DNA from: Candidatus Bathyarchaeota archaeon
GTDB taxonomy: Archaea > Thermoproteota > Bathyarchaeia > Bathyarchaeales > Bathycorpusculaceae
DNA: 64,000 nt
Direction: 5' to 3'
NCBI GenBank assembly: GCA_963715865.1
Contig: OY970280.1
Coordinates: 1,344,001-1,408,000, forward strand
Shown: positions 47,116 through 56,700 of the stretch, piece by piece
Numbering within the stretch: position 1 is the stretch's first letter
Layout of the letters: each line of letters opens with the position of its first letter
Program-made: the position numbers and the translations under genes
The notes under the pieces: model-generated
The model's database searches: none
What the model saw: only the letters and a program-made list of their open reading frames with translations
Told to the model about the DNA's origin: nothing

Positions 47116-47694
47116 ATGAAAATTGCTATTATAGGAAAAGGCAACGTTGGCAGCGCATTGTGCAGTGGCTTAAGCAGCAGGCATGAAGTAAAGTTTGGTC
47201 ACCGAGACCCAGCAGAACCAGTTGCTGATGTAGCAAAATGGGGAGAAGTAATTATTCTTGCAGTACCGCACAACAGTGCAAACGATGCCATAGAAGCCAT
47301 AAGACCTTTTGCGAACGGAAAAACAGTAATCGACGTAATCAACGCTATAGGACCAAATATGGAGTTAGGAATAAGCTGCACCACTTCCTCGGCGGAAGAA
47401 ACCCAGAAAAAACTTCCGCAAGCCCACGTAGTTAAAGCGTTCAACACAGTGTTCGCACAAAACCAAAGCACAGGCAAAGTCAGCAACGAACAATTAACAG
47501 CTTTCATCGCTGGCGACGATTTGAAAGCTAAACAAACTGCAGCTCAGTTAACACGCGGCATTGGTTTTGATCCCGTGGATTGTGGGCCATTAAAAGCAGC
47601 GCGTTATCTTGAAGCAATGGGAATAATGATAATCAACTTAGCCTACAATTACGGAATGGGAACAAAAATAGGCTATAAACTCGTAAAAGCCTAA
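47116..47694 (+). CDS. NADPH-dependent F420 oxidoreductase-family protein (Fno/NpdG-like)
   Basis: IIGKGNVG, VIILAVP, VVKAFNT, AGDD, D.GPLKAARYLE; divergent from the Lrp gene. Confidence 0.85.
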   Translation: MKIAIIGKGNVGSALCSGLSSRHEVKFGHRDPAEPVADVAKWGEVIILAVPHNSANDAIEAIRPFANGKTVIDVINAIGPNMELGISCTTSSAEETQKKLPQAHVVKAFNTVFAQNQSTGKVSNEQLTAFIAGDDLKAKQTAAQLTRGIGFDPVDCGPLKAARYLEAMGIMIINLAYNYGMGTKIGYKLVKA

Positions 47695-47806
47695 GTTCTT
47701 ACTTGCGTGCGCAATTTTGTTTGAAGGCAAGGTCATTTTTAAGGGAAAAGTTTAAGGGTAAATGTTTGTTATGGTTTCGCGTATTCCTATTGTTGAGGGG
47801 TTATGG

Positions 47807-48358
47807 TTGAGCGCTAAAATAGAAACAATCGAAGAACGCAAAGCAGAAGTCTTAATCAAACTAAGAAAATACAAACTACTCGAAAAAGAAAAATATGAAG
47901 GCGCAATCGGCTACATCATCGACATCCCGCAAGACAAAGAAAAAGCACTCGTCTGGTGCATCTTAGGCGAAGCAACCGTCGGCATCGCAGCCATGAACAC
48001 GCTATACAAAGTAATGAAAGAAAAAGACATCGACAGAACCATCGTAGTCACCGAAGGACGCTACACCCACGCCGTCAAACTAGGCGCCAAAAAGAAAAAA
48101 GTCGAACTACTACCCAAGTCTTTCCCAGTTTTCGACATTTTCGAGCACGCACTAGTACCATTCCACGAAATCCTAAGCGAAAAAGAAAAGACCCAGCTTC
48201 TCGCCCAATACAAAGTTAAGCCCTACCAGATACCACAGATAAAATCAGGCGACCCAGCAGTGAAAGCCATCGGCGCAAAACCAGGCGACGTACTGAAAAT
48301 CACAAGGAAAAGCTCAACCGCAGGCGAACACATCACTTACAGGTACGTAGTAGAATAA
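47807..48358 (+). CDS. rpoH: RNA polymerase subunit RpoH/Rpo5 with RPB5-like N-terminal extension
   Basis: C-terminal [47 protein letters not shown], plus about 110 extra N-terminal residues; TTG 47807 after GAGGGG. Confidence 0.88.
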   Translation: MSAKIETIEERKAEVLIKLRKYKLLEKEKYEGAIGYIIDIPQDKEKALVWCILGEATVGIAAMNTLYKVMKEKDIDRTIVVTEGRYTHAVKLGAKKKKVELLPKSFPVFDIFEHALVPFHEILSEKEKTQLLAQYKVKPYQIPQIKSGDPAVKAIGAKPGDVLKITRKSSTAGEHITYRYVVE

Positions 48359-48362
48359 AAAA

Positions 48363-48920
48363 TTATTTAGCAATTATGATTTCCGTCGACTTCACGATTG
48401 CTTCTACTTCATCGCCAACTTTAATATCTAAATCTTCAACTGCTTCCTTAGTTATAACTGCCGTCACAGTTACAGGCATTTTTACCTCAACCTTAACTTT
48501 GGCTGTAATAACGCCTTTCTCGACAGCTATTACTTTTCCTTTAAAACGGTTCCTTGCACTTAACTTCAAACCTTTCACCTCCAAACTTCCTGAATCCGAT
48601 AAGACCTTGCTTAAGTAGCTCTCAACTTGCTTATACTCGCCAAGCAAGCTTCTGCCTAAATCAGTTAACTTTGCGCCTCCTCCACCAGATTTTCCACCTT
48701 TATAAGTTTCCACTATTGGCTCTTCCAGCGCCTTTCGAATATCCTGCAGGTAATTCCAAACGTAACGGTAGGACATTCCTAAGGTTTCTGCAGCTTTAGA
48801 AATCGAATTTTCCTTGTCGATGGCTTCCAGAATTTCGGCTCCGCCTTTGCCTATTACTGGTTTATTTTTGTATTCTATCCAGACTTTGCATGAGAGCTTA
48901 TGTTTTTTGTTGGTAAGCAT
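48363..48920 (-). CDS. modE: ModE-family regulator (HTH plus TOBE)
   Basis: SISKAAETLGMSYRYVW, GGKSGGGAKLT, TOBE SARNRFKGKV. Confidence 0.9.
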   Translation of the reverse strand: MLTNKKHKLSCKVWIEYKNKPVIGKGGAEILEAIDKENSISKAAETLGMSYRYVWNYLQDIRKALEEPIVETYKGGKSGGGGAKLTDLGRSLLGEYKQVESYLSKVLSDSGSLEVKGLKLSARNRFKGKVIAVEKGVITAKVKVEVKMPVTVTAVITKEAVEDLDIKVGDEVEAIVKSTEIIIAK

Positions 48921-48994
48921 TCTAGGATATGGTTATGTCGCAAAGACCATATAAAGCTAATCAAGATTAAATAAGCCAAATCGCATTCAGTTTA

Positions 48995-49402
48995 TTAAAG
49001 AGGAGTTCTTTTAATTTCTGCCACTTGATCGGCATCTTTGTCGTCGCTAATAATTGTTTTAATTTTTCTCTTGATCGCTGAAGCTATGTGTATGGAGTCA
49101 CGTGGACTAAGGTTATATTTGCTCATTAGCGCTTGAGCATGCCCTAAGATATTTTCGTCAACATTTATGAACTCCAAATTCGGGAAACCAAGCAGCTTTT
49201 GCCCCTGGTTTATGCCTTCGCTCTTACCCAATGTCTTGCTTACTACCCAAACGACTTCATCCCATGTTAATGTTGAAGTGCACCCTGACAGTTCTCCTTT
49301 TTCGATGCCAAGCAATATTTGTTTAGCTTTCTTTACCTTAGGTTCTACTTCCACTGTGTACAATATCGGATAAATGAAAACATTTGAATCAATGTATGGC
49401 AT
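48995..49402 (-). CDS. vapC: PIN-domain VapC toxin
   Basis: YIDSNVF, TWDEV, PRDSIHIASA, ISDDKD; start ATG 49402. Confidence 0.9.
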   Translation of the reverse strand: MPYIDSNVFIYPILYTVEVEPKVKKAKQILLGIEKGELSGCTSTLTWDEVVWVVSKTLGKSEGINQGQKLLGFPNLEFINVDENILGHAQALMSKYNLSPRDSIHIASAIKRKIKTIISDDKDADQVAEIKRTPL

Positions 49403-49640
49403 TTCTTTGTTCAACTTCTTCAGCTATTAACTTTTTAATGTTTATTCGCTGTTTTAGTTTGGCGGAAGAAGTAGTTATGAAGTATTCAGTGTAACTGCCT
49501 CTAACTTGTGGTTTTTTTATAACTATTTCTTGATCTCGCATTTCAAGGGTTACTTCGACGCCGGGCTTTAACCCCATAGCGTCCCTCATACGTTTAGGAA
49601 TTACAACTTGCCCTTTTGGCCCAACATTTTTTATAGGCAT
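49389..49640 (-). CDS. vapB: AbrB/MazE-family antitoxin
   Basis: VGPKGQVVIPKRMRDAMGLKPG. Confidence 0.9.
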   Translation of the reverse strand: MPIKNVGPKGQVVIPKRMRDAMGLKPGVEVTLEMRDQEIVIKKPQVRGSYTEYFITTSSAKLKQRINIKKLIAEEVEQRNAIH

Positions 49641-49752
49641 TGCTTTATTACCAATAATAATTAGTTATACCTTTTATTTATATTTTCCAACTATAAAGTT
49701 ATACTTTTCCAAGTTTCTAGATGCGGAGATCCGATGCAAGAGATTAATGTAA

Positions 49753-50469
49753 TTAAAACTCTAGTTCTCCGTTAACGAATTTGCGTGATATTTCACTTTT
49801 CGGATTCTCAAAGAAATTCTCCGTTTCAGCGACTTCCACTATTTCGCCGTTGTAGATGTGAACTATTTCATCTGCCATTCTTCTCGCCTGACTAAGATTA
49901 TGAGTAGCCATCACTATAATGCGCTCACCACTCTTTCTACTCACCATTGCCTTTTCAATAATACTTGCGCTGTTCGGATCCAAATTCGCTGTCGGCTCAT
50001 CCAAAAGCAAAACCTGCGAATCAAGCAAGAATGCTCTGGCTAAAGCGATTCTCTGCTGCTCGCCGCCTGAAGTCTTTTTTGCTCTTCGCTTCTCAAACCC
50101 TGAAAGCCTCACTGCCTGTAAAGCCTCATCGACTTTTTTTGCAATTTCCGCTTTTGGCACTCCCCTAATTCTGAGTCCATACGCCAAGTTATCGTAGACG
50201 TTGGTGCTGAACATTGCACTTTTCTGGAAAACCAATGTTGAAACTTGACGTAAAGCTTTACAATCAATATTTTGATTGTTAAATAACAGTTTTCCAGCGT
50301 CGGCGTTTTCTAAGCCAGCCATAATACGCATGAGTGTTGTTTTGCCTGCACCGTTAACGCCTAAAAGAACAATTATTTTGCCGCCTTGCATTTCTAGCGA
50401 TACTGAATTTAACGCTTTAACAGAACGGTAATTCTTTTTGATATCTACTAGTTGCAGATTAACGCTCAC
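49753..50469 (-). CDS. tupC: Tungstate ABC transporter ATPase
   Basis: GVNGAGKT, SGGEQQR, LLDEPT; follows the permease gene. Confidence 0.82.
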   Translation of the reverse strand: MSVNLQLVDIKKNYRSVKALNSVSLEMQGGKIIVLLGVNGAGKTTLMRIMAGLENADAGKLLFNNQNIDCKALRQVSTLVFQKSAMFSTNVYDNLAYGLRIRGVPKAEIAKKVDEALQAVRLSGFEKRRAKKTSGGEQQRIALARAFLLDSQVLLLDEPTANLDPNSASIIEKAMVSRKSGERIIVMATHNLSQARRMADEIVHIYNGEIVEVAETENFFENPKSEISRKFVNGELEF

Positions 50470-50473
50470 GGTT

Positions 50474-51220
50474 TTAACTCCCGCCTAAACCTCTCCAGAA
50501 CGACATTTTGTTCCATAACCCGTCTTCTTGCCTTACGCGCTCTATCAGGCTAATGGTTAATGCTAAAGCGATTACTATTGCCATAAGGATTATCGCATAT
50601 GCCATAGCGATGTCAAAGCTTCCGAAGTTTATTTCAAGAGCGATAGATGTGGTTAAAACTCGTGTTTCGCCTAATAGGTTTCCTCCTACGATTGTAGCAA
50701 TGCCGAGCTCCCCGAAACCTCTGTTAAAACCTGCCGTTACAGAAAGCACCATAGACGAAATTGTCTCGCGAATAAGGGTTAAATTAGTTCTAAAACCTGA
50801 AGCGCCAAGGGTTTTGGCTAAGTCTCTAAGTTGAGTGTCTGCTGCACCCAGAGCGTTTGCTGTAAAGCTGACTATTATTGGGGTAACCAGTATGGCTTGG
50901 CCGATTGCTATACCGTTAAGGGTGTAAAGCAGGTGGAAAGATCCGAATTCGCCTTGCCTAGATAAAAGCAAATACAAAATCAGTCCTAAGGCAACGGTTG
51001 GTACGCCTATTAACGCGTTAAAGAAGCCTTTGATAACCCATTTACCCCTAAAATTGTACAAGCCTAAAAATACAGCTATGGGGATACTCCACACGCATGC
51101 CAACAGTGTTCCTAAACCCGCAACGTATATTGTTCTGTAAACTGTTGCGTAAACTTCAGGATCACCGCTTGCGATTAGGTTAATTGCTTGCTGAAAGGCT
51201 TGAACGATAATATCAGCCAT
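50474..51220 (-). CDS. tupB: Tungstate ABC transporter permease
   Basis: GVPTVALGL, AIGQAILVTPI, ELGIATIVGGN, TRVLTTSIAL. Confidence 0.88.
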   Translation of the reverse strand: MADIIVQAFQQAINLIASGDPEVYATVYRTIYVAGLGTLLACVWSIPIAVFLGLYNFRGKWVIKGFFNALIGVPTVALGLILYLLLSRQGEFGSFHLLYTLNGIAIGQAILVTPIIVSFTANALGAADTQLRDLAKTLGASGFRTNLTLIRETISSMVLSVTAGFNRGFGELGIATIVGGNLLGETRVLTTSIALEINFGSFDIAMAYAIILMAIVIALALTISLIERVRQEDGLWNKMSFWRGLGGS

Positions 51221-51268
51221 GCATATCACAAAAGAAATAAGGGGAATTTTATTTGAGCTTTTCCTTAT

Positions 51269-52601
51269 TTATTCCCTGTTTAATTTAACACTGCTTTGAC
51301 TGTACGTTGATGGTTGTGCAAGCGTAAGTTGTTGGCTATCTGTCGAGTAATAGTTTAGATTGCTTATTGAAGCGTTAAGGTTCATGTTTGCCAATGCATC
51401 GTATGATGGCGAGTACAGGTTGCCTGCGTTGTATCGATATGCCGCTGGGCATTCACTTCCACTAGCATTAATTTGGATTAGTTGAGTTGATGTAAGCATA
51501 GTTTTGAACCCAATTGAGCAATGTGGCGTTGGGTGCAGTCTGACTAACTAGGGGTACAAAGGGACTGAACAATTGCTGTCCATAAGTTGACACCCCATAG
51601 TTTGCTATTAATTGTTGACCTTCATCAGAAACTAGCCAGTTCACAAAAGTCAATGCAGCGTTAAAGTTTATGCCGGTTAGGGCGGCGTTTTGCGGGTTGT
51701 CGATTATTGCGCTGTACACGTTTAGTAGGGCTTGTTGCGCTTGAATCTCAATTTTCAGTTGTATAGGTTGTATAGAGCTAGGATTAGAGTAGGCGAGGTA
51801 GGTGCCTGTGTCTGACAGGATGTATCCATTTAGTTGGTCAGCCACCTGTAGTGAAGCTCCCATGCCTAAACCTGTGGATTTGAACCATGTGGTATTGGTA
51901 ACAAGTTGAGTGTAGGTGTAGCCTGCAGCTTTCCATAGATTACTCTCTGCGGTGGCTGTGCCTGAACCATCATTTCTAGTGACCCATATGACTTGACTAT
52001 TGGTTTGTGCCGCATTGTAGATATTTATCAAGGCTTGGCTTACGTTAGTCATACCACTGATGCCTGCAGGGTCATTTGCAGGTCCAACGATGACAAAGAA
52101 GTTGTATGCTATGATTTTGCGGTCTACTCCATATCCGCCTGTCAAGAAAGAGACTTCCTGCGATGGGGAATGAACCAGTATCATGTCTGCATCGCCTCTC
52201 TGGGCGCTTTGTATTGCAGCGCCAGTTCCTTGTGCAACAAAGTTGACTGTTATCCATGGATATTTAGTTTGGAAGGCAGTTTTTATGTTGCCTGTTCCGT
52301 TGTCTTCGAGTCCTGTGTCGTGGAGGCTTGTGGTTGTTGCAACTGTCAGTGTTGTGGGGCTAGGAGTTGGGGTTGGTGACGGCGTAGGGGAAGGAGATGG
52401 GGTAGGGCTTGCAGTTGCGGTTGGAGAAGGAGATGGTGACGCTGAAGGGCTTGGAGATGGACTTGCAGTTGGAGTAGGCGTAGGTGTTGGCTGATTGTTT
52501 TGCTCTGTGTTTTGCACATAAATGTAAGCAGCGTAAGCGCCTATTCCAGATACAATTATGACTATTAAAAGAACTGTTATTATTTTTGTTACTGTATTCA
52601 T
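51269..52601 (-). CDS. tupA: Tungstate-binding protein with Pro/Thr linker; C-terminus split by a 1-nt frameshift near 51468-51490
   Basis: [40 protein letters not shown] TupA motifs. A +1 frame continues [17 protein letters not shown]. Confidence 0.85.
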
Positions 52602-52624
52602 TTTTTTCACTGTTTTTAGGGGAA

Positions 52625-52648
52625 CGTTATGCATATATAAGCATATCG
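52625..52648. promoter_or_regulatory. Candidate ModE operator overlapping the tupA TATA box
   Basis: CGTTAT-N12-ATATCG matches the ModE box geometry CGNTAT-N12-ATANCG; contains TTATATAT on the minus strand about 30 nt upstream of the ATG. Confidence 0.6.
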
Positions 52649-52709
52649 GCAACTAAGCGATTGAAACAACATACCCATTAACAAAAAAATAAGCATTAAC
52701 CGAGCAAAC

Positions 52710-52943
52710 CTAAGCAGGGCATTTCCTTTCGTCCGCCAATTCGCAAAGAATTACCAGTGCTTCACCAAGCGGCATGCCAAGCCTTTCCACAAGCTCGTTT
52801 GCGGTGACATCGACTTTTTGAGGCAATATGCTGTCACGAGTGTAAGCCTTATGAGTCGGGTACATAACCGAGGCATGAACCGCCTCAACTAGCAACTTCC
52901 AAAGTTTCTCTTTAGAGTACTCTTCCAAATTCATAGGCATCAA
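52710..52943 (-). CDS. Small hypothetical protein
   Basis: 77 aa, helical, possible HTH (TANELVERLGMPLGEALVIL). Confidence 0.6.
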   Translation of the reverse strand: MMPMNLEEYSKEKLWKLLVEAVHASVMYPTHKAYTRDSILPQKVDVTANELVERLGMPLGEALVILCELADERKCPA

Positions 52944-53052
52944 CCATGAATACGTTGTTAAGGTTATTAGTCTACCGCAAATGCACTTACAAAACAGGCA
53001 ACAAACTTAATACCTCGTTTTTGCTGCTTGAATTATCAGAGGTTGACTTTTT

Positions 53053-54024
53053 TTGAAAGCAGCTGTTTACCGAGGACCACATAACATCAAAATCGAGGAA
53101 GTCCCGGAGCCAGAAGTTTCGGGCAGAAAAGTGCTTGTGAAATTTAAGGCTGGAAGCATCTGCGGAACTGACATGCACCTTTACCGGGGCGAGTGGAAAT
53201 GGATGAAAAAAGGCTTGATAATCGGACATGACGCTTGGGGAGTCCGAGAAGACACGGGTGAACGAGTTGTTATGGTACCCGTGGCGAATTGCGGTCACTG
53301 CTACTATTGCCTCAGGGGACTACCAACCTATTGTGTTCGGGGCAAATTTTACGGCCTTACACGAGACGGTTTCTTCGCAGAAACCAAAGCCATGCTACCT
53401 AGAAGCCTAATTCCCATACCCTCAAACGTCAGTGACGAGGAAGCAGCGATAGTGGAACCAGTCGCTTTGGCACTTCGCGTGTTGGATTACTTGAAGCCTA
53501 ACGTTGGCGATTGGGTTACCGTAGTTGGGCAGGGACCAATTGGGTTGCTGATGACTCAGGTGGCACTGATGAAAGGTTGCCGAGTTATAGCTGTAGATTT
53601 GGAGGATTACAGGCTTGAATTTAGCCAGAAGTATGGTGCAGACGCAGTAATTAATGCTAAAAAAGAAGATGTTATCGAAACTGTTAGAAAATTAACAAAG
53701 AGGGGCTCAGATTTTGTGATTGAAGCTGCAGGAACCACTCGCACAGTAGAGCAAACGCCCTATTTGGTTAGAAAAGCTGGCAAAGTCGCGCTGGTAGGCG
53801 AGTCTGAGGGTTACTTGAACTTGGCGGATGCCGATGAAGCCTTGTTTTTCACAATTTACATCTCGCCCGTTGAGTATCCGTCGGCTGTAGAATTAATCGC
53901 TAGAAAACTTGTGGATGTGAAAGGGCTTATTACGCACAGGTTTAAGCTTGCTGAATTTGAAAAGGCGCTGCAAACAGTTGATACTCCATCGGAAAAGCCT
54001 TTGAAAGTTATCATAACTCAATAA
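53053..54024 (+). CDS. Zinc-dependent MDR-family alcohol/sugar dehydrogenase
   Basis: SICGTDMH, GHD (GHE variant), CGHCYYC..C structural Zn, GQGPIG. Confidence 0.9.
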   Translation: MKAAVYRGPHNIKIEEVPEPEVSGRKVLVKFKAGSICGTDMHLYRGEWKWMKKGLIIGHDAWGVREDTGERVVMVPVANCGHCYYCLRGLPTYCVRGKFYGLTRDGFFAETKAMLPRSLIPIPSNVSDEEAAIVEPVALALRVLDYLKPNVGDWVTVVGQGPIGLLMTQVALMKGCRVIAVDLEDYRLEFSQKYGADAVINAKKEDVIETVRKLTKRGSDFVIEAAGTTRTVEQTPYLVRKAGKVALVGESEGYLNLADADEALFFTIYISPVEYPSAVELIARKLVDVKGLITHRFKLAEFEKALQTVDTPSEKPLKVIITQ

Positions 54025-54422
54025 GCGTTCCAAAGAGCATCGTTTACCGCAAAGAGTCCCCTTCAACGTGGGTATAACATTGTATTTTCTCTTTTTGCGT
54101 GTCTGCATTGCGGTCACTGATTTAATCACATGGTTAAACGATGCTTAAAAATTAGATGAAAGAAAGTTCTATGCACCTTTCAGGTAAGCAATGAGTTTTC
54201 CCCAATCGCCTGTTTTTTTCATTTCGTTGTTTTTCAGTAAATCAAATCGCTTTTTGCTGTATAGTCCACCGACTTTTGGATAGACACGCCTTGAAATAAT
54301 TATTGCTGAAGCCAGAAGCCATGTCGGGAAAAGATTATAGTGCTTAACCAGTAGCAGTTTTCTCGAATTTGGCCGTAAGCCAGGTGAGCAGCTAAAACGG
54401 GTTTTTCGACCTAAAACAATTT

Positions 54423-55163
54423 ATGTCACTCAAGCTTCGAAGTGTTTTGGTGAACAGAACGATGCCCTATGAAGCTTACGACCTTCGAGTTTTTTCCGCT
54501 GGGGCCGTTGCTCCGCCTCTTCTTGATGCAGCGGAATTATTTGAAAAAGAGTTCCAAATCAAATTCGAGGTAAGAGCGGGCAAACCAGGCGAACTCTTAG
54601 ACGAGATAGAACGGTCTAAATCAGGTGACGTCTTCTCTTCGGGAGCAGAATACATCCTCGACGAGGCAGAAGACCGAGGGCTAATAATTAAAGGCTCAAG
54701 AAAAAGCCTAGGCTACCGAAGATCAGTAATACTCGTGCCAGTAGGCAACCCAGCAAAAATCACATCCCTTAAAGACCTATGCAGAAAAAACGTCAAAATC
54801 GGAATAGCCATAGACGGATGCCTAAAAGGCGTATGGGATGACATAGCAAGCAAAGCAGGACTAACAGACCAGATGCGCCTTAACATCACGCACCATGCTG
54901 ACGCATGCGGCTCGCTTATGGGTCTAATTCACTCGGGCAAAGTTGACGCCATAATCGGCTGGAACGCCTTCCAAGGCGTGTGGCCAGACACCTGCGAAGT
55001 CATCGAACTGCCAGAACCTCTTCAAGTGTTTAGAAGCACAGTCGCTGGCATAGTCTCCTACACAAGAGACAAGGAGCTTTCCAAGAAATTCATAGACTAC
55101 CTAACCTCAGCGCCTATAAGGAAAATCTATGAAGGCTACGGCTGGATTTATCCGCGGAAGTGA
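54423..55163 (+). CDS. ModA-like oxyanion-binding-fold protein lacking a signal peptide
   Basis: SAGAVAPPL, DVFSSGAEY, GNPAKITSLKDL, SGKVDAIIGW; in-frame stop at 54393 excludes an upstream signal sequence. Confidence 0.75.
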   Translation: MSLKLRSVLVNRTMPYEAYDLRVFSAGAVAPPLLDAAELFEKEFQIKFEVRAGKPGELLDEIERSKSGDVFSSGAEYILDEAEDRGLIIKGSRKSLGYRRSVILVPVGNPAKITSLKDLCRKNVKIGIAIDGCLKGVWDDIASKAGLTDQMRLNITHHADACGSLMGLIHSGKVDAIIGWNAFQGVWPDTCEVIELPEPLQVFRSTVAGIVSYTRDKELSKKFIDYLTSAPIRKIYEGYGWIYPRK

Positions 55164-55172
55164 ACCGTCGAC

Positions 55173-55913
55173 TCAGGCAATTCTCTTTTTAAGTATCACA
55201 GTAGACAACGCCAGAAATATCACGGTAAACAAAGCCAAAACACCAATATCGACAGCGTAAGCCAAGGTTACCGTCGAGTTAGCGATGCTGCTCCTTAAAG
55301 CTTCCACCGAGTACGTAAGCGGCAGAAAACGGGCAACGACCTGCAATTGAAAAGGGTACGTTTCCAACGCTACGAAAGTACCTGAGAGAAAAACCATCGG
55401 GAACCTTAGAAAGTTGGAAATCATCTGTGCTTCGGGAACCCACTTCGCATAAGCCGAAGCGACGATACCAAGAGCTGAGAACGCCATGGAAGTGAATGCA
55501 ATGGCAACCACGGCTAATAGCGGGTTTAGAATTGCTACACCCGAAATTGCAGCTAGAGGAAAAAGCACCACTCCTGCGAGTATTAGGCCAAAGAAGAAGC
55601 CTGCTAACGCTTTCCCAAGCACGATTGTGAATAGTGATACGGGCGCGGCAAGTAGCCTGTCAAGAGTTCCAGTTTGCTTCTCCAGAACAACAGCCACAGC
55701 CTCAATAGATGTTGTTCCGAAAAGCATAACAAGAGAAGTCAGCCCCGCCACGATCAGTTTTGAACTGATGTTGCCAGCCATGCTAAACGCCAAGTATAAC
55801 GAGACTGGAATCAAGAGACCATAGGTGAAGTTAGGCGCCTTGAAATAGTAGACCTTGGCGTCCTTTTTGGCAATGTAAAACGCTTTCACGAAACTATCAA
55901 CAAACTTGGGCAT
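55173..55913 (-). CDS. ABC-2 permease
   Basis: EKQTGTLDRLLAAP, FLSGTF, LPLTYSV. Confidence 0.9.
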   Translation of the reverse strand: MPKFVDSFVKAFYIAKKDAKVYYFKAPNFTYGLLIPVSLYLAFSMAGNISSKLIVAGLTSLVMLFGTTSIEAVAVVLEKQTGTLDRLLAAPVSLFTIVLGKALAGFFFGLILAGVVLFPLAAISGVAILNPLLAVVAIAFTSMAFSALGIVASAYAKWVPEAQMISNFLRFPMVFLSGTFVALETYPFQLQVVARFLPLTYSVEALRSSIANSTVTLAYAVDIGVLALFTVIFLALSTVILKKRIA

Positions 55914-55947
55914 TTTCTAACCTTCTCCTGATTGACATTTTCATATC

Positions 55948-56700
55948 TCAATGAATAGTTCTCTTGAGCAAAACCACCGCAACCGCAAAAAAAATTGTGC
56001 AAAACAATATTAGAGCCCCTGTGTCGACAATGAGAGCTTGAACAACTATCTGACCTGTAGTTGCCTGGTGCAGCATGTTTACTGCATAAGTGACGGGAAG
56101 CAAGTAGGCCACTAACTGAAGAGAGCTTGGCATTGTTGCAATCGGAATGAATACGCCGCCCAAGAACACCATAGCCACACGAATAAGCGTTGCAGGCGGC
56201 ATAGCCTGTGGTACATCTTGAAATGGAGTTGAAATGCATACGCCTAAAGCTGAGAAAGCCAAGGCTGAGAGTACAATTCCAGAGGCAAAGAGGAATGGGT
56301 TTGCTATAGCAGCTCCAGGAAGCAGTAATGCAATTATCATATAGCCTATCGACAGAAATATTCCAAAGAAGAATCCTCCTAATGCTTTGCCAACTATTAT
56401 CGTTGTTAAAGAAATCGGAGCAGCGAGCAACCTGTCAAAAGTTCCTTTGGCTCTCTCCAAAGGCAATGCGATAGATTCAATCGCGCCTGCACCAAAAAGA
56501 GAAGACATCGCAACAAGACCTGGGATGATTAAGGAAACCTCGGTTGTTCTTCCAACTGAGAAAGCCAAGTAAATGATCGCTGGAAAGAGAAGTCCGAACG
56601 TAATGTTTGGTCCTTTGAAGAAGTATATTTTCGCGTCTTTTTCAGCTATATTAACTGCCGTTAACATGTTTTCCTTCAATGCTTCAATCAGGTTTTTCAC
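55948..56700 (-). CDS. ABC-2 permease (paralog)
   Basis: ERAKGTFDRLLAAP, FLGGVF, LPVTYAV. Confidence 0.9.
   Translation of the reverse strand: MKNLIEALKENMLTAVNIAEKDAKIYFFKGPNITFGLLFPAIIYLAFSVGRTTEVSLIIPGLVAMSSLFGAGAIESIALPLERAKGTFDRLLAAPISLTTIIVGKALGGFFFGIFLSIGYMIIALLLPGAAIANPFLFASGIVLSALAFSALGVCISTPFQDVPQAMPPATLIRVAMVFLGGVFIPIATMPSSLQLVAYLLPVTYAVNMLHQATTGQIVVQALIVDTGALILFCTIFFAVAVVLLKRTIH

Noticed and set aside
45145-48358. Strong kb-scale switches between T/G-rich and A/C-rich sequence on the plus strand
   Set aside because: Largely tracks gene orientation and A/C-rich codon use; no evidence for an origin or foreign DNA without a computed skew.
52350-52500. Tandem short repeats (GGAGATGG/GGAGTTGG-like)
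   Set aside because: Explained by the Pro/Thr/Ser linker codons of TupA; no spacer structure, so not CRISPR.
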